Position numbers and translations under genes: made by a program. Below the pieces are notes generated by a model. That model was not told the origin of the DNA, made no database searches, and saw only the letters and a program-made list of their open reading frames with translations. This document shows positions 1-11,559 of a stretch of DNA of 64,000 nt, one piece after another. Position 1 is the first letter of the stretch; each line of letters begins with the position of its first letter. Origin of the DNA: Endomicrobiales bacterium. GTDB lineage: Bacteria; Elusimicrobiota; Endomicrobiia; Endomicrobiales; CAWCFT01. Where the stretch lies: positions 64,001 to 128,000 of the forward strand of contig CAWCFT010000006.1 of assembly GCA_963794945.1 (NCBI GenBank), written 5' to 3'.

Positions 1-575
1 AGTTTTATCTGTTCTGTAAGATCGTAAATCTTGCCGTCAACCCGTGCGCGGACGTAACCGGATTTCGAGAGCCTCTTGAAGAGCTCCTCATAAGTGCCTA
101 TCCGGCCGCGAACCAGCGGGGAGAGTATCTGTATGTTTGTCCCAGCAGGCATTCTCATTACCTCATCTATAATTTGCTGGGAGGACTGCGGCTTTATCTC
201 TTTGCCGCACTCAGGGCAGTGCGGCACTCCGATGCGGGCATAAATAAGGCGGAGGTAATCGTATATCTCGGTGACCGTGCCGACCGTTGAACGTGGGTTA
301 TGGGAAGGCGTCTTCTGCTCTATGGCAATAGCCGGGGAAAGGCCCTCTATGATATCAACATCAGGCTTATCCATGAGCTCGAGGAACTGCCGGGCGTATG
401 CTGAGAGGGACTCGACGTACCTCCTCTGTCCTTCCGCGTATATAGTGTCAAAAGCAAGCGATGACTTGCCGGAACCCGAGAGACCGGTTATGACAACGAG
501 CTTATTCCTCGGTATCTCTAGGTTAATATTTTTCAAATTGTGCTGGCGCGCGCCGCGTATGATTATCTTTTCCAT
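1..575 (-). CDS. uvrA: Excinuclease ABC subunit A (5' part; runs off window start)
   Basis: Manual translation from ATG at 575: [65 protein letters not shown]...CPECG; canonical UvrA N-terminus with Walker A. Confidence 0.97.
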   Translation of the reverse strand, partial: MEKIIIRGARQHNLKNINLEIPRNKLVVITGLSGSGKSSLAFDTIYAEGQRRYVESLSAYARQFLELMDKPDVDIIEGLSPAIAIEQKTPSHNPRSTVGTVTEIYDYLRLIYARIGVPHCPECGKEIKPQSSQQIIDEVMRMPAGTNIQILSPLVRGRIGTYEELFKRLSKSGYVRARVDGKIYDLTEQIK

Positions 576-714
576 AGTAGATTTACCTATCACTCTGCCT
601 GACAATACGCCAGGGAAGCCGTTTATTGATGTCCTTTTTAGATTATAGCAAATCTCGTATAATTAGGGTACCGGTTTACAGGCGGGACGTTTGCGGAAGT
701 TTTGTCTGCCGGAT

Positions 715-1170
715 TCAAATATATAAAGATATCATCTTATTGATCAGTTCGACCAGCGGTTTTAGCAGCCTGTCTGTAGCCCTTATTGTAACCACGGTTT
801 TCTTGTGCGTGTCCATTGATTGCCTCAGTTCCCTGGTTATACGCATAACCGGCAAAACAAGGTCGTGCAGCACGAGATAGAGAATTACTGCGCTTAGAGC
901 TATTATGAGGACTATATTAGAGAGCGCCACTATTATATAGGCCGTCACGAACTTAGAAGCGGAGTTCATAGAGCTTGTCGGGGAAAGCCCGTAGTTGGTA
1001 AAGCTTGCCCTGGTCATCAAAGACTGGAGTCCGAAATATAATATGGTAGAACTTACCACAATGACAAAACCTACCGGTAAAAGCGTTTTAAAATAGAGCC
1101 ATTTGAGTATTTTACTCTCTTCAGGGCTAAGAATAACTCTTTTTCGTTTTTCCGGCTTCGACTCTTCCAT
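715..1170 (-). CDS. Two-TM membrane protein with degenerate HAMP-like C-terminus
   Basis: Two hydrophobic segments followed by PVMRITREL...LVELINKM. Confidence 0.6.
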   Translation of the reverse strand: MEESKPEKRKRVILSPEESKILKWLYFKTLLPVGFVIVVSSTILYFGLQSLMTRASFTNYGLSPTSSMNSASKFVTAYIIVALSNIVLIIALSAVILYLVLHDLVLPVMRITRELRQSMDTHKKTVVTIRATDRLLKPLVELINKMISLYI

Positions 1171-1240
1171 TTTTTCCTCCCGGCATTTTAGATATAACTC
1201 GCAAACGTTCTTTATACCAAAAATCCGCTAAGGAGAAGTA

Positions 1241-2971
1241 TCAATCTGTTTTCAGCGGCAATTTAACGCTGAAGGTCGTTCCCTTGCCAACTACGCTATT
1301 GACCTCAATAACTCCGCCATGCCTCTCTTCCACTATTTTCTGAACTACTGCGAGGCCGAGCCCGGTACCCTTCGACTTGGTTGAAAAGAAAGGTTCGAAT
1401 ATCTTCTTTATGACTTCCGGTTTCATTCCGGAGCCAGTATCCATGACGTTAAGACAGGCGGCCGTCACGTTCTTGCCATCCTTTAACATGGCAGCTTTAT
1501 AGACCTGGAGCCTGAGCGTCCCTGTACCCTTATCATGCATAGCGTCTATGGCGTTGTTGACAAGGTTCCTGACTACCTGTTTTATCTCTTCTATATCTAC
1601 CATCACTTTGAACGTGCCGGTGAGTTCGAGCTGGAGCTCTATTGTGTCCGGTACTTTAGTCGCCTGCATGATCTCGTTTACCACATCAGGCAGGTTCCTT
1701 TCCGAAAGCACGGGCGGCCTGGTACGCGAGAAATCCAGCATGTTGTCTATGATCCTCGATGTAGATTTGATCTCGGACTCAATTATATTGGCCGATTTTT
1801 CCATTATAGGGTTCACGTCTGTCATTTTCGTTATGAGCCTCTTTATAAGGAACACTGAGTTGGTCATGGCGGCAAGCGGATTCCTAATCTCGTGGCCAAG
1901 GATATTGGCCATTTGACCAATACTAGAAAGCCTGGCGGTCTTTTTTACTTCCTCCTGCATGTCCTTTATCTTTACGGTCATGTTATTGAATATATTTACA
2001 AGCTTACCGAGCTCATCGCTTGATACGCTCTGGACCTTGTAGTCAAGGTTGCCGCTCGCCACAATCTCTATACCGGCTATAAGTTTTGTTATCGGGCTCG
2101 AAAGGTTCTTTGCGAGGAAGAGCGCCGCGAATATCGAAAAAGAAAGTGTGATGATTATGAGCACAATGGCGCCTATCCAGAGTTTGTTCACCGGCGCGTA
2201 CGCCGTGTTCGCCGGCTCCGAAAGGACCACCAACCAGCCAGGCCCGCGGCTTTTGGAAACAATGTTCACGTTCCCGTCTTTAAGGAATACTGTATCGAGC
2301 GGCGAATCTTTAAATGAGGAATATCTATCCTTGTCTGTTGAACGGATCGGGCCGAGGGTGGAAACGGCATTGCCTTCCTGGTCGATCAATATGACCTGTT
2401 TTTCTGACCTGTCTTCAAAATTCTGTATGACGCGCCGCATCCTCTCAAGAAGAAAATCAATCTTTACACGAAAATAGAAGTATTCTCGGGGCTGTATGCT
2501 GACAGGATAAGATATATCGAAATAGGGTATATCTTTTGCTGTATGGAATATGCCGCCAGTCTCAACTCCGTGCGTATCGTTCGATTTTTTTACAAGGTCT
2601 TTGTTTATGACCAGCCCGTACGTTCCACCGTCTTCAGTCATGCCCGAAGCCACGTCCATGTTGCTGTTCAATAGCAGTATCCCAAGCAGGTTTTTGGTTT
2701 GAGCCATTTCGCCCAAAATCAAACCGAATTTTGAGCTGGTTGAAAGCGTCTTCTCTTTATCTGCTTTTCTCGCTATATCAAGAAAGGGTTCCACTTCGGC
2801 AAAATACTTATTCACTTCCCTAGTCATATTCTCGGCAACGCTGAGGCTGTTCCTGTTGATAACGGTTTTGAGCGTGTTGCCCGTGGTTTTAAGGAGGATG
2901 TAGCTGTAAACTATAAGAGGTATGGTGGATACTACTATTAAAGCGATAAGGAATTTGTGGAACAACTTCAT
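1241..2971 (-). CDS. Membrane sensor histidine kinase (periplasmic Cache-like, HAMP, HisKA, HATPase)
   Basis: TM-sensor-TM-HAMP; H-box GHEIRNPL, N-box NLVNNAIDA, DTGSG, FFSTK, GTGLGL. Confidence 0.93.
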   Translation of the reverse strand: MKLFHKFLIALIVVSTIPLIVYSYILLKTTGNTLKTVINRNSLSVAENMTREVNKYFAEVEPFLDIARKADKEKTLSTSSKFGLILGEMAQTKNLLGILLLNSNMDVASGMTEDGGTYGLVINKDLVKKSNDTHGVETGGIFHTAKDIPYFDISYPVSIQPREYFYFRVKIDFLLERMRRVIQNFEDRSEKQVILIDQEGNAVSTLGPIRSTDKDRYSSFKDSPLDTVFLKDGNVNIVSKSRGPGWLVVLSEPANTAYAPVNKLWIGAIVLIIITLSFSIFAALFLAKNLSSPITKLIAGIEIVASGNLDYKVQSVSSDELGKLVNIFNNMTVKIKDMQEEVKKTARLSSIGQMANILGHEIRNPLAAMTNSVFLIKRLITKMTDVNPIMEKSANIIESEIKSTSRIIDNMLDFSRTRPPVLSERNLPDVVNEIMQATKVPDTIELQLELTGTFKVMVDIEEIKQVVRNLVNNAIDAMHDKGTGTLRLQVYKAAMLKDGKNVTAACLNVMDTGSGMKPEVIKKIFEPFFSTKSKGTGLGLAVVQKIVEERHGGVIEVNSVVGKGTTFSVKLPLKTD

Positions 2972-3086
2972 TAATTCTCTCCGTTCATATAATAAAGATT
3001 TTATACTAAAGGCCGAAGACTATAGGCTAAAGTCTTTTTATCAGGTTCCCGGACATAAGCCTGCAAAGCAACCCGGGTTTTTGACA

Positions 3087-4688
3087 TCACTGCGCGAACC
3101 TGTTTATCAGCGTGTTCTCGGGCTTATCCTTCGTGTTCGGGTAATCTATGTTATAGTTAAGCCCGCGGCTCTCCTGCCGCATGCGGGCTGAGCGTATTAT
3201 CAGTTCTGACACAGTGGCGATATTGCGCAGCTCAATGAGGTCGCTTGTAACAATGAAATCCCAGTAATATTCACTGATCTCCTGCTGAAGAAGGCCCATC
3301 CGCCTCCAGGCCCGCTCGAGGCGTTTGTTAGAGCGGACAATGCCAACGTAATTCCACATAAAACGCCTTATCTCTTCCCAGTTCTGACTGACTACGACCG
3401 ATTCATCGGAATTTTTTGCGCTGCCCGAATCCCACCTCGGGACTTCGGGAAAGCCGCCATTATCTTTGACTAGCTCTTTAGCTCTGGCCACTGCCCTGTC
3501 AGCGAAAACTATCGCCTCCAGCAGCGAGTTGGATGCGAGCCTATTGGCGCCGTGGAGGCCCGTGCAGGCTGTTTCGCCAAGAGCGAAGAGCCGGTTTATG
3601 GATGTCTCGCCGAACTCGTTCGTTTGCACGCCACCGCAGAAATAATGTGTGGCTGGGACCACTGGTATCAGGTCTTTCGCCATGTCTACGCCGAACTCCA
3701 GGCACTTCTTATAGATATTAGGAAAACGCTTTTTTATAAACTCAGCCGGCTTATGCGTTATATCGAGATAAACAAAATCGTCTCCGGTGGCCTTAAGCTC
3801 GCTGTCTATCGCCCTCGCCACGACATCTCTAGGCGCAAGCTCTTTTGAGGGATGATATTTTTCCATGAAGGTCGATCCGTTCTTAAGCCTGAGCACCGCG
3901 CCTTCTCCTCTAACTGCTTCGGATATAAGGAACGATTTTGCCTGCGGGTGGTAGAGACAGGTTGGATGGAACTGGACGAACTCCATGTTGGCGAGCGTCG
4001 CGCCGCAGCGGTAGGCCATGGCCATGCCGTCTCCGGTGGACACATCGGCGTTAGAGGTGTAAATATACGCCTTGCCGGCACCGCCTGTAGCAAGCACTAC
4101 GGCTTTAGCGAGGTACATCTTTATAGTATTGTTCTTTTTATCAAGCACGTAAGCGCCCCAACAGCGCTCATCGGGGCCCGCGAACTTTTTGTTTATCTTC
4201 CCCGTTGTTATGAGATCAATGACGATGTGATCTTCGAATATCTCGATGCCTGCAGTCTCCGTAACTTTTTTGACCAGCACTTTTTCTATCTCATGGCCTG
4301 TTATGTCACCCGCATGAAAAATTCGCCTCTTGGAATGCCCGCCTTCGAGGCCAAGCTCAAATTCGTTATCCGGGCTGTTTTCTGAGACCGTGAAATTCAC
4401 GCCCCAGTCAATGAGCTCTTTGAGCCGGGCCGGTCCCTCTTTGACAACTATCTCAACAACTTTTTTACTGCAAAGCCCTGCTCCGGCTACGAGGGTATCT
4501 TCGATGTGTTTGTCGAACGAATCGTCCGGTGTCCATACAGCGGCAATCCCGCCCTGGGCTATATCTGTTGAAGAGTCGCTTACAGCCCGTTTTGTCACAA
4601 CAGCGACGGAACCAAATTCACTGGCCTTGGCGGCGAAACTCAGGCCGGCGATCCCGCTGCCGATGACCAGAAAATCAGTTTTAATCAT
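3087..4688 (-). CDS. nadB: L-aspartate oxidase
   Basis: GSGIAGL FAD motif, AQGGIAAV, EGGHSKRRI, EFVQFHPT, LISEAVRGEG, GLHGANRLASNSLLE, ESRG. Confidence 0.97.
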   Translation of the reverse strand: MIKTDFLVIGSGIAGLSFAAKASEFGSVAVVTKRAVSDSSTDIAQGGIAAVWTPDDSFDKHIEDTLVAGAGLCSKKVVEIVVKEGPARLKELIDWGVNFTVSENSPDNEFELGLEGGHSKRRIFHAGDITGHEIEKVLVKKVTETAGIEIFEDHIVIDLITTGKINKKFAGPDERCWGAYVLDKKNNTIKMYLAKAVVLATGGAGKAYIYTSNADVSTGDGMAMAYRCGATLANMEFVQFHPTCLYHPQAKSFLISEAVRGEGAVLRLKNGSTFMEKYHPSKELAPRDVVARAIDSELKATGDDFVYLDITHKPAEFIKKRFPNIYKKCLEFGVDMAKDLIPVVPATHYFCGGVQTNEFGETSINRLFALGETACTGLHGANRLASNSLLEAIVFADRAVARAKELVKDNGGFPEVPRWDSGSAKNSDESVVVSQNWEEIRRFMWNYVGIVRSNKRLERAWRRMGLLQQEISEYYWDFIVTSDLIELRNIATVSELIIRSARMRQESRGLNYNIDYPNTKDKPENTLINRFAQ

Positions 4689-4712
4689 AATTGGCCGGTT
4701 ACTTTTTGGATA

Positions 4713-5216
4713 TTATTCTGTTTTGAACCACCGTGTGACTGAGGAGAGTTTTTCTTTTACATCGTCCGGGCTTTTTTCCATTATCTCTTTTATATTCTTG
4801 CGGTCTTCAAGGACAGCATCCCTAATATTGTCAAGCATGTTCTGCAGCTCTGTGGCCGACTCTTTAAGCTCATCATGTTTGCGAAGCGAAACATCGGACG
4901 TGAGATCGCCCGCTGACAGGTTCTTTATAGCCCTGTCAAAAACGAACAGCGGGCCGACTATCCTGTGGAAAACGAAAACGCTTAAAATACCGAAGGCCGC
5001 CAGCAGTATCAGCACAACCCAGACAAAATTCAACTGGTACGCGTGCTCTAGCTCAGTGACGTCACCAGCACTCAACCTGTCAAGCCCGGAAGAATGGACG
5101 AGCGAGCTCCAGAAAACAAAGTACATTGCGATGGATGTTAGGACAATTATCGATATTACGGCGGCGAGATACTTGAGCTGGAGCTTGGGGCTGACGATGT
5201 AGTTCGTACGCAACAT
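4713..5216 (-). CDS. HAMP-domain two-TM protein
   Basis: Two TM helices then HRIVGPL...GDL...LRKHDEL HAMP signature. Confidence 0.75.
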   Translation of the reverse strand: MLRTNYIVSPKLQLKYLAAVISIIVLTSIAMYFVFWSSLVHSSGLDRLSAGDVTELEHAYQLNFVWVVLILLAAFGILSVFVFHRIVGPLFVFDRAIKNLSAGDLTSDVSLRKHDELKESATELQNMLDNIRDAVLEDRKNIKEIMEKSPDDVKEKLSSVTRWFKTE

Positions 5217-5239
5217 GAAATACCTCTCAGATTTGCGTT

Positions 5240-6085
5240 TTATTGTACTATCACGTTGTCAATAAGACGCGTTTTACCGACCCAGACCGCGCAAAGAACA
5301 GCAACAGGCAAGTCCAGCCGTTTCTTCTGAACAAGAGTCTCGGGATCACAGGCTTCGATGTAGTCTATACTTGAGTCCGGTATCCCGCTTATCGAACGTC
5401 TCAAATTATTTATTATTTTTCCACTGTTTTTTGATTTTGAATATTTTATCAAATAGCTCGCCCGTTGTAAAGCCTCGTTTATACGCGCAGCTGCGTTCCT
5501 TTCGCCATCTGAAAGGTAGGAGTTCCTGCTCGACCTCGCAAGGCCGGAACTCTCGCGAATAATGGGGCACCGCACGATCTTCACCGGAAAATTCAGGTCG
5601 CTGGCCATGCGCTCAATGATCCTCACCTGCTGGAAATCCTTTTGTCCGAAATACGCCCTGTCAGGAGATATAATATTAAAGAGCTTTGCCACGACAGTCG
5701 TCACGCCCCTGAAATGGCCGGGGCGGAACTTCCCGCAGAGCATATCAGACATCATGTCGACTTTTATATATGTGCGATAGCCTTCTGGGTACATCGCATT
5801 GACGCTCGGCGCAAATATAATGTCAACCCCTGCTTTGCGGCACAGGGCGCTGTCTTTCGCGAACGGGCGAGGGTACCTCAGATAGTCTTCCTTGGGCCCG
5901 AACTGGGCAGGGTTAACGAATATGGATACGGCAACAACATCGTTCTCCGCGCGGGCCCTATTTACAAGGGAAAGATGCCCCTCATGCAGGGCGCCCATTG
6001 TTGGGACAAGCCCCACGCTACTGCCTTTCTTTTTCAAAACCTTTACTTCTTTCTGCATTTCTTCCGGAGAACGGATAATTTTCAT
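5240..6085 (-). CDS. panC: Pantoate--beta-alanine ligase
   Basis: VPTMGALHEGHLSL, SIFVNPAQF, RPGHFRGV, FGQKDFQQ, GLARSSRN, TRLIDN. Confidence 0.97.
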   Translation of the reverse strand: MKIIRSPEEMQKEVKVLKKKGSSVGLVPTMGALHEGHLSLVNRARAENDVVAVSIFVNPAQFGPKEDYLRYPRPFAKDSALCRKAGVDIIFAPSVNAMYPEGYRTYIKVDMMSDMLCGKFRPGHFRGVTTVVAKLFNIISPDRAYFGQKDFQQVRIIERMASDLNFPVKIVRCPIIRESSGLARSSRNSYLSDGERNAAARINEALQRASYLIKYSKSKNSGKIINNLRRSISGIPDSSIDYIEACDPETLVQKKRLDLPVAVLCAVWVGKTRLIDNVIVQ

Positions 6086-6479
6086 CTTGCCTGGCCTCTA
6101 TGTGAAAACTCATCAAGTTTTTATATTATACATTTTTTGTTGCCTTAGTACATAAAAACTTGAACTTAGCAGCACATAGATCAAATAAGGCCGATTTCAT
6201 ATCTACCTGTTTTACCTGGCAACGGCAGGGTAAATCTCGCGCCTTTTACAACTTCTTTATAAAGTTTAACTTATAATTTGCCCTTGTTCAATGAATTTAG
6301 GAATTTTATGATGAAAGGATGTATTGCAATCCGCGGATCATTCGGTGTGTTGTTTGTGATTGGATGTTATTGAAAAGAAAGATCTCATCAGCGGCGACTG
6401 CTTTGAGTATAATGGTGTTTTATCAGGCACTTTAGACTTCTTTGCTTCAGGGCTTGACGCTTTTTGATGATACGAGAAC

Positions 6480-6977
6480 TCAAACTGGTATCTTTTCGTG
6501 CAAATCGTTCCCGGTTACCTTGTCTTTGCCGAACAACTCTAAATACTGAACTTTAGGGACAAATATAGCTTCCCTTTCATCGATGAATATTTTTTCCAGC
6601 CACGCCGGTCTTCCATTTATGACTATTTCCGATCTTATCTTGTTTTTTTCGCTGCTGATCCTGATAACCCTGCTGCTGAACGATTCTATTACTAGTTTAT
6701 ATGTTCTCGATTTTTTGTCAAACTGGCAATGATAGCCGTAAGCCTTTTTGTCCAGCGCGCTCAGCTCCTGCCGGCGCCCGTCACGAGCAAGAAGCACCCA
6801 GTACGCTGTGACAGGCTTGCGAGGGTCTATTTTGCCGTTCGAACTCAGGTTTGCGTCGTAATGTATGACATTGGCGTTCTTGCTTCTCGCAATAATGAAT
6901 AGCGGGCTGGTCTTTGCGTCCAAAGCGGTTGTAACGAATAGGAAAAGAAAAGTAAATACTGTCCAAAAATATCTCAT
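6480..6977 (-). CDS. DUF4833-family secreted protein
   Basis: Signal peptide; LFIIARSKNANVIHYD...PVTAYW pattern; paralog at 43355-43850. Confidence 0.75.
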   Translation of the reverse strand: MRYFWTVFTFLFLFVTTALDAKTSPLFIIARSKNANVIHYDANLSSNGKIDPRKPVTAYWVLLARDGRRQELSALDKKAYGYHCQFDKKSRTYKLVIESFSSRVIRISSEKNKIRSEIVINGRPAWLEKIFIDEREAIFVPKVQYLELFGKDKVTGNDLHEKIPV

Positions 6978-6997
6978 ATACAGAATGCGCCTGCTCG

Positions 6998-8091
6998 TCA
7001 GGCCCTGGAAACCGATGGCTCGAGCCTGGGATAATCTATATAGCCTTTTTCCTCGCCCACGTAGAACGTATCAGGGTTCGGTTCGTTCAACACGGCTTTC
7101 CTCTTAAAGCGCTCTAGAAGGTCGGGGTTCGCCAGAAAAAGACAACCGAACGAAACAAGGTCAGCGCTCCCGCTCCCGATAAGCTTCGTTGCCGCTTTCG
7201 AGGTCATAGCCGCCGTTTAAAATCAAAGTTCCGCTGAACGACTCGCGTATAAGCGCGGCGATGCGGGCCTCATCCGGCACGCGCGGTGTCCTTCCACCCA
7301 GAGACTCAACCAGATGAAGATAACCTATCCTTAGTGAACTCAATTCTTTCGCGAATGTTGAGAAAGTCAACCTTGGATCGGAATCGAACATCGACCCAGA
7401 TGAGTAATGCGGAGATATTTTATATCCCACGCAGCCCGCGCCCCACACGCCTATAACTGCCCGCGCAACCTCCAGCGGAAGACGCATGCGGTTAGTGAGG
7501 CTGCCTCCGTAATTATCGGTGCGCTGGTTTGATCCGTCCCTTAGGAACTGGTCGAGCAGGTAGCCGTTAGCGCCGTGTATCTCGGCCCCATCGAAACCAG
7601 CCGTCTTCGCGTTTTCAGCGCCTTTCCTAAACTGCTCTACGATGTCAGGTATCTCGCTAAGCCTGAGAGCCCAGGGAATAACAATTTTTTTTCTTCCGAG
7701 AGGGGTCAATACCTCGCCGTCTACCGGCAGCGCGGAAGGGGCAACTGGCAACAGGCCGCCGTGAAAATCCGGGTGCGACATCCTGCCGACATGCCAGAGC
7801 TGGATAAATATCTTGCCTCCGGCCTCGTGCACGGCATCTGTGACTTTTCTCCAGCCGGCGACCTGCTCTCTCGTGTGTATCCCCGGAGTTCTTACGTAGC
7901 CGACGCCCTGAGGGCTCACCTGCGAACCCTCTGTAATTATCAGTCCTGCCGTAGCCCTTTGAGAGTAATACGTTGCCGGCAGCCGGATGCGGCACATTGC
8001 CAGAGATCGCGCGGCTGCGAGTCATGGGAGACATAACCATGCGGTTCGCAAGTTCATACCCGTCAAGCACATAATAGGAAAAAAGGTTCAT
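6998..8091 (-). CDS. Old-yellow-enzyme alkene reductase (NemA-like), split by two apparent frameshifts
   Basis: Three ORF pieces join: NRMVMSPMTRSRA / YYSQRATAGLIITEG..QLWHVGR..EIHGANGYLLDQF / ADLVSFG..FLANPDL..GYIDYP; shifts near 7978 and 7182. Confidence 0.88.
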
Positions 8092-8115
8092 CGCCGCCTC
8101 CTCAAATACCGCATT

Positions 8116-9073
8116 TCACACGACAGCTTCGAGCTTGCGTTGGGGATGCACCGCTACGCCGGCCATGTGCCGGCCGAACCAGCTCGCCTCTTTCCACAGC
8201 CTGGTCGACATACTTGTCCTGGTCATAGAGGTCTATGTGGTTTGTTGTTTCTATCCAGAAAATATCTTTTGTCACCTTAAGGTTGTTATAGAAGTCTCTG
8301 GCGCCTTCCGGGGTACAGAAGTTGTCTCGTGTTCCATGGATGATGATAGTAGGCACAGTGATATCTTTCGCGCTGTCTTTCGCGTTGAACGTCATGAATC
8401 CTTCATAGCCCATAACGGCAAAAAGGTTAACATAGTTGGGCGAATATCCTCTCGCCGTCCCGTAATAAGCGTAGGGCTCTTCCGTCGGCATTGCGGCGTT
8501 CATGTCCCTGGGGTCAGCCGAGACCGCTGGAACGTATTCTACCTCTCCGGTCTCCTGGTATTTTTCTTCTGCTTTTCTCGACCTCTCAATGGTCGCCTTG
8601 TACCCGTCTTCGCCTATCCAGCGTTTCATAGAGTTTGGGTCATGGTAGCAAGCGGCAATACCTGCGAACGCCTTCACCCTGTAATCGATGGCAAGCGCCC
8701 TCACCATATGCCCGCCTCCTGCGCACACACCGACTGCACCCAACCTTTCGGGATCAACGTCGCTGCGGGATAGAAGATATGAGACCGCGTTGTGTATGTC
8801 CTGTATTTTTTTTAGCGGTGACTCCAACTGTCTCGGCTCGCCCTCACTTTCCCCATAAAACCGGTGGTCAAAAGTTAAGCATAGATAGCCTTTCTTTGCG
8901 AGCTTTCTTGCGTAAACAGCCACAACCTGGTCTTTGAGCCCCGTCATCGGCCCGTCAAAGACCAGCGCGGGATGCTTCGCGCCTTTTTTATAGTTATCCG
9001 GTATGAACAATAGTCCCGCTATTTTTTTCCCTTCGCTTGTGAACGTCACTTTCTCTTCCATTGAACCCTCCAA
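8116..9073 (-). CDS. Alpha/beta hydrolase (C-terminus probably frameshifted near 8187)
   Basis: FDHRFYGESEGEPR, GVCAGGG nucleophile elbow, IIHGTRD, HIDLYD; alternative frame gives ..ASWFGRHM..VV* ending 8116. Confidence 0.82.
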
Positions 9074-9078
9074 AAGCC

Positions 9079-9546
9079 CTAAGACTGGGGCCTATTGAAC
9101 AAAGAACGCAATTCTTCAACTCTTTTTCTATTGACGCCCAGGTCACCCTTGCCTACTCTTGAAGCAGACCTTACGTGTATAACCATATGTTTAAAATCCA
9201 TTCGCAGTTCCAGGTCATCAACAAAGTGCCAGAACCTGCTCCGGAAAGTTGACCAAAGGTAGCCACCAGTGTCATTTTCTATCCTGCCTCCAAGGTCGAT
9301 TATGCCAATTCTCGCCCTCTCCCAGGCCGAGGCAGGATTCCCGGAATACGCGAAAGGCTCGATGTACGACTCCTTGTCGCTGTTCTCGCTGACAACACAG
9401 TTCGGCGTTCCAGGGCAGAAACGTAACAAGCCATTCACAAGGCCGTTCTGCCTGACTTTCCTTGAACTTATCGACATGTATGTAAATGACCCCAGATAGA
9501 ACGCCGCCAGAGCCGCTAACAGATATAACATGATCTTCAAAACCAA
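9079..9546 (-). CDS. DUF1499-family protein
   Basis: CPGTPNCVVS, FVDDLE, VRSASRVGKGDLGVNRKRVE. Confidence 0.9.
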   Translation of the reverse strand: MVLKIMLYLLAALAAFYLGSFTYMSISSRKVRQNGLVNGLLRFCPGTPNCVVSENSDKESYIEPFAYSGNPASAWERARIGIIDLGGRIENDTGGYLWSTFRSRFWHFVDDLELRMDFKHMVIHVRSASRVGKGDLGVNRKRVEELRSLFNRPQS

Positions 9547-9561
9547 CCTCCGTTCTCAAAC

Positions 9562-9983
9562 CTAAACCTCTTTGTTTTCGTTGCACTCTATTTCGTGTAC
9601 CCACATCGCAGAACCTATCCCCCAAACAATGTTAAGCACGATAACCATAACAGGCATAAGAACGCCCCCGTTAAGACCCATGGGAGCCATACCGCGTGAC
9701 GGAAAAACCACGAACCACGCAACAGGGGTAGGTGCTATGCTGCAAAGCGAACCTCTTAGTACTACAGAACCTTTTAAAATCGGCATAAGGTACATGGCTC
9801 CCCATATCCCGCCACAGGTTACCGCCCAGTATACATGCTCCGGTTCCCATCCGGCCCGTTGATGCAACCCCACAAGTACCGTGACCCCATAACCCCGAAG
9901 AACCAGAAGAACACAGCATTCAATATAGCCGCCCAAAGCTCCGGCCGAAAAAACTAAAAAACTATAGACAACCTTGTGCGCAT
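9562..9983 (-). CDS. Four-TM membrane protein (likely ATG at 9983 with a 1-nt loss in a T run)
   Basis: FSAGALGG..GGIWG..FVVFP..LNIVWG hydrophobic pattern; G-rich RBS before ATG 9983. Confidence 0.65.
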
Positions 9984-10086
9984 AGGCCCACCCCCCTTCC
10001 AACAGTTGACGGCTTATATTTATATCAAATGATCATGTTCGTCCCGCCGGAAGCCCCACTTGGGTGTTAACAAAGAACAAGGCCTT

Positions 10087-11400
10087 CTATTTTTTTGAGA
10101 CCTCCAGCGGTGTTCGAACATGTTTTATATTCAATATTGGTTTGTTATATTTTTGAGCATGCCTGCTCAGCTCGTTCTGCAGGCAGGAGGCGACGCACTG
10201 CCCGAAATCCGTCTCGTAAGATCTATCGAGCATCACATTTTCATACAAATTGAATACTTTTTCGGCGATCATCCCCCAGGGGTATCTTTCCGCAACCTTT
10301 CTAGCGTTCTCCCCTAGCGCGCGTGCCGCCGAGTCATCGTTTATCAGGTAACACACCGTTTTCGCTATGGCACGGTAGTCAGCCTGGTCATCCAAAATTA
10401 TACCGCTAACATAATTACTTATAAGATGTGAGGCGCCTGCGAGCCTTGTCGTGATCACAGGCAACCCAGCAGCCATCGCCTCAAGTATAACAAGGCCGAA
10501 CGGTTCATAATACGTGGGAAATACCAGAATGTCGCTTGCGGCATAATATTTTTCTATATCCGTGACCCTTCCGGTAAATATTATATTCTTGTCCAACCCG
10601 AGTTTCTTGATCAGCGGCCGGAACGGCGACGGGTCGCCAACGCCAGCAACCAGCACATAGAGATCGCTATTTTGGATTATATTGAGAGCATATATTATCG
10701 CTGACAACCCTTTTCTTTCAAATTCGTGAGCAGGGAAAATTAGCACTTTGTCTTCAGGCTTTAAACCGTGCCTTAACCTGACCTCGTCTCTATAAAGCAC
10801 CCTGGCATTAGGGTTGAACTTATTAGCATCCACGCCGTTCGTTACAACTTCTATTTTATCTCCGTGAATACCGTAATGCTTTATGATGTCATTTTTTACG
10901 GACTGGGATATCGCAATTATCTTTTTAGTGTTTTTCAGGCTGTAATATTCTACGGTTAAAAGAAGTAAGTGAAGAGGGTTCAAAGCCGTTTTCTTAAGCT
11001 TTCCTAGAAAGCCAGTCCTGTTTTGCCTAGACACAGCGAGGCTCTCGGCGTGGCAACTATGGGTTGTAAAGACGTCCGATATACCCACGTAGCATCCCTG
11101 AGAATGAACTACGTCAAAATTCCCTGGTTTAACTATTAATCTGGAGAACAGTGCAAAGCTTGCTATCTCAAAAATATTGTTTAACGCTTTAAGCTTTTTC
11201 TTTTTTAGAAATCCAAAGCTCAACATCGGCACCTTATGAAATATTATGCCAGTCCCTTCAGCGTTCTGCCAGGAAGCGGTGAAAACATGAACCTCGTTAT
11301 CTGCGGCGAAATATTCGGCTATTTCCGCCGCACATCTGGAAATTCCGCCCCATTTGTGGTACTCACGCACTATGACCGCTATTTTCATTATATTATCCAT
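10087..11400 (-). CDS. Glycosyltransferase family 4
   Basis: GGISR, NGVD, ERKG, YEPFGLVILEAMAAGLPVI. Confidence 0.92.
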   Translation of the reverse strand: MDNIMKIAVIVREYHKWGGISRCAAEIAEYFAADNEVHVFTASWQNAEGTGIIFHKVPMLSFGFLKKKKLKALNNIFEIASFALFSRLIVKPGNFDVVHSQGCYVGISDVFTTHSCHAESLAVSRQNRTGFLGKLKKTALNPLHLLLLTVEYYSLKNTKKIIAISQSVKNDIIKHYGIHGDKIEVVTNGVDANKFNPNARVLYRDEVRLRHGLKPEDKVLIFPAHEFERKGLSAIIYALNIIQNSDLYVLVAGVGDPSPFRPLIKKLGLDKNIIFTGRVTDIEKYYAASDILVFPTYYEPFGLVILEAMAAGLPVITTRLAGASHLISNYVSGIILDDQADYRAIAKTVCYLINDDSAARALGENARKVAERYPWGMIAEKVFNLYENVMLDRSYETDFGQCVASCLQNELSRHAQKYNKPILNIKHVRTPLEVSKK

Positions 11401-11559
11401 CCTTTTATATTTTTCCCTAGCAACTGTGCCTTATGTCTAAAGGACATAAAAATTGCGAGCTTAGTTGAGAATACAACCTACCACGATTATGGTGTACCTG
11501 TGCGGGACCCGAGAGATATACATCTTCACAATATAAAAAACGCAGTAATAAAATAATAT

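Noticed and set aside
4330..5202. Long plus-strand ORFs such as 4330-5202, 33068-33907, 38210-38881, 39230-39916, 51222-51929
   Set aside because: Antisense shadows of well-supported minus-strand genes with no recognisable motifs.
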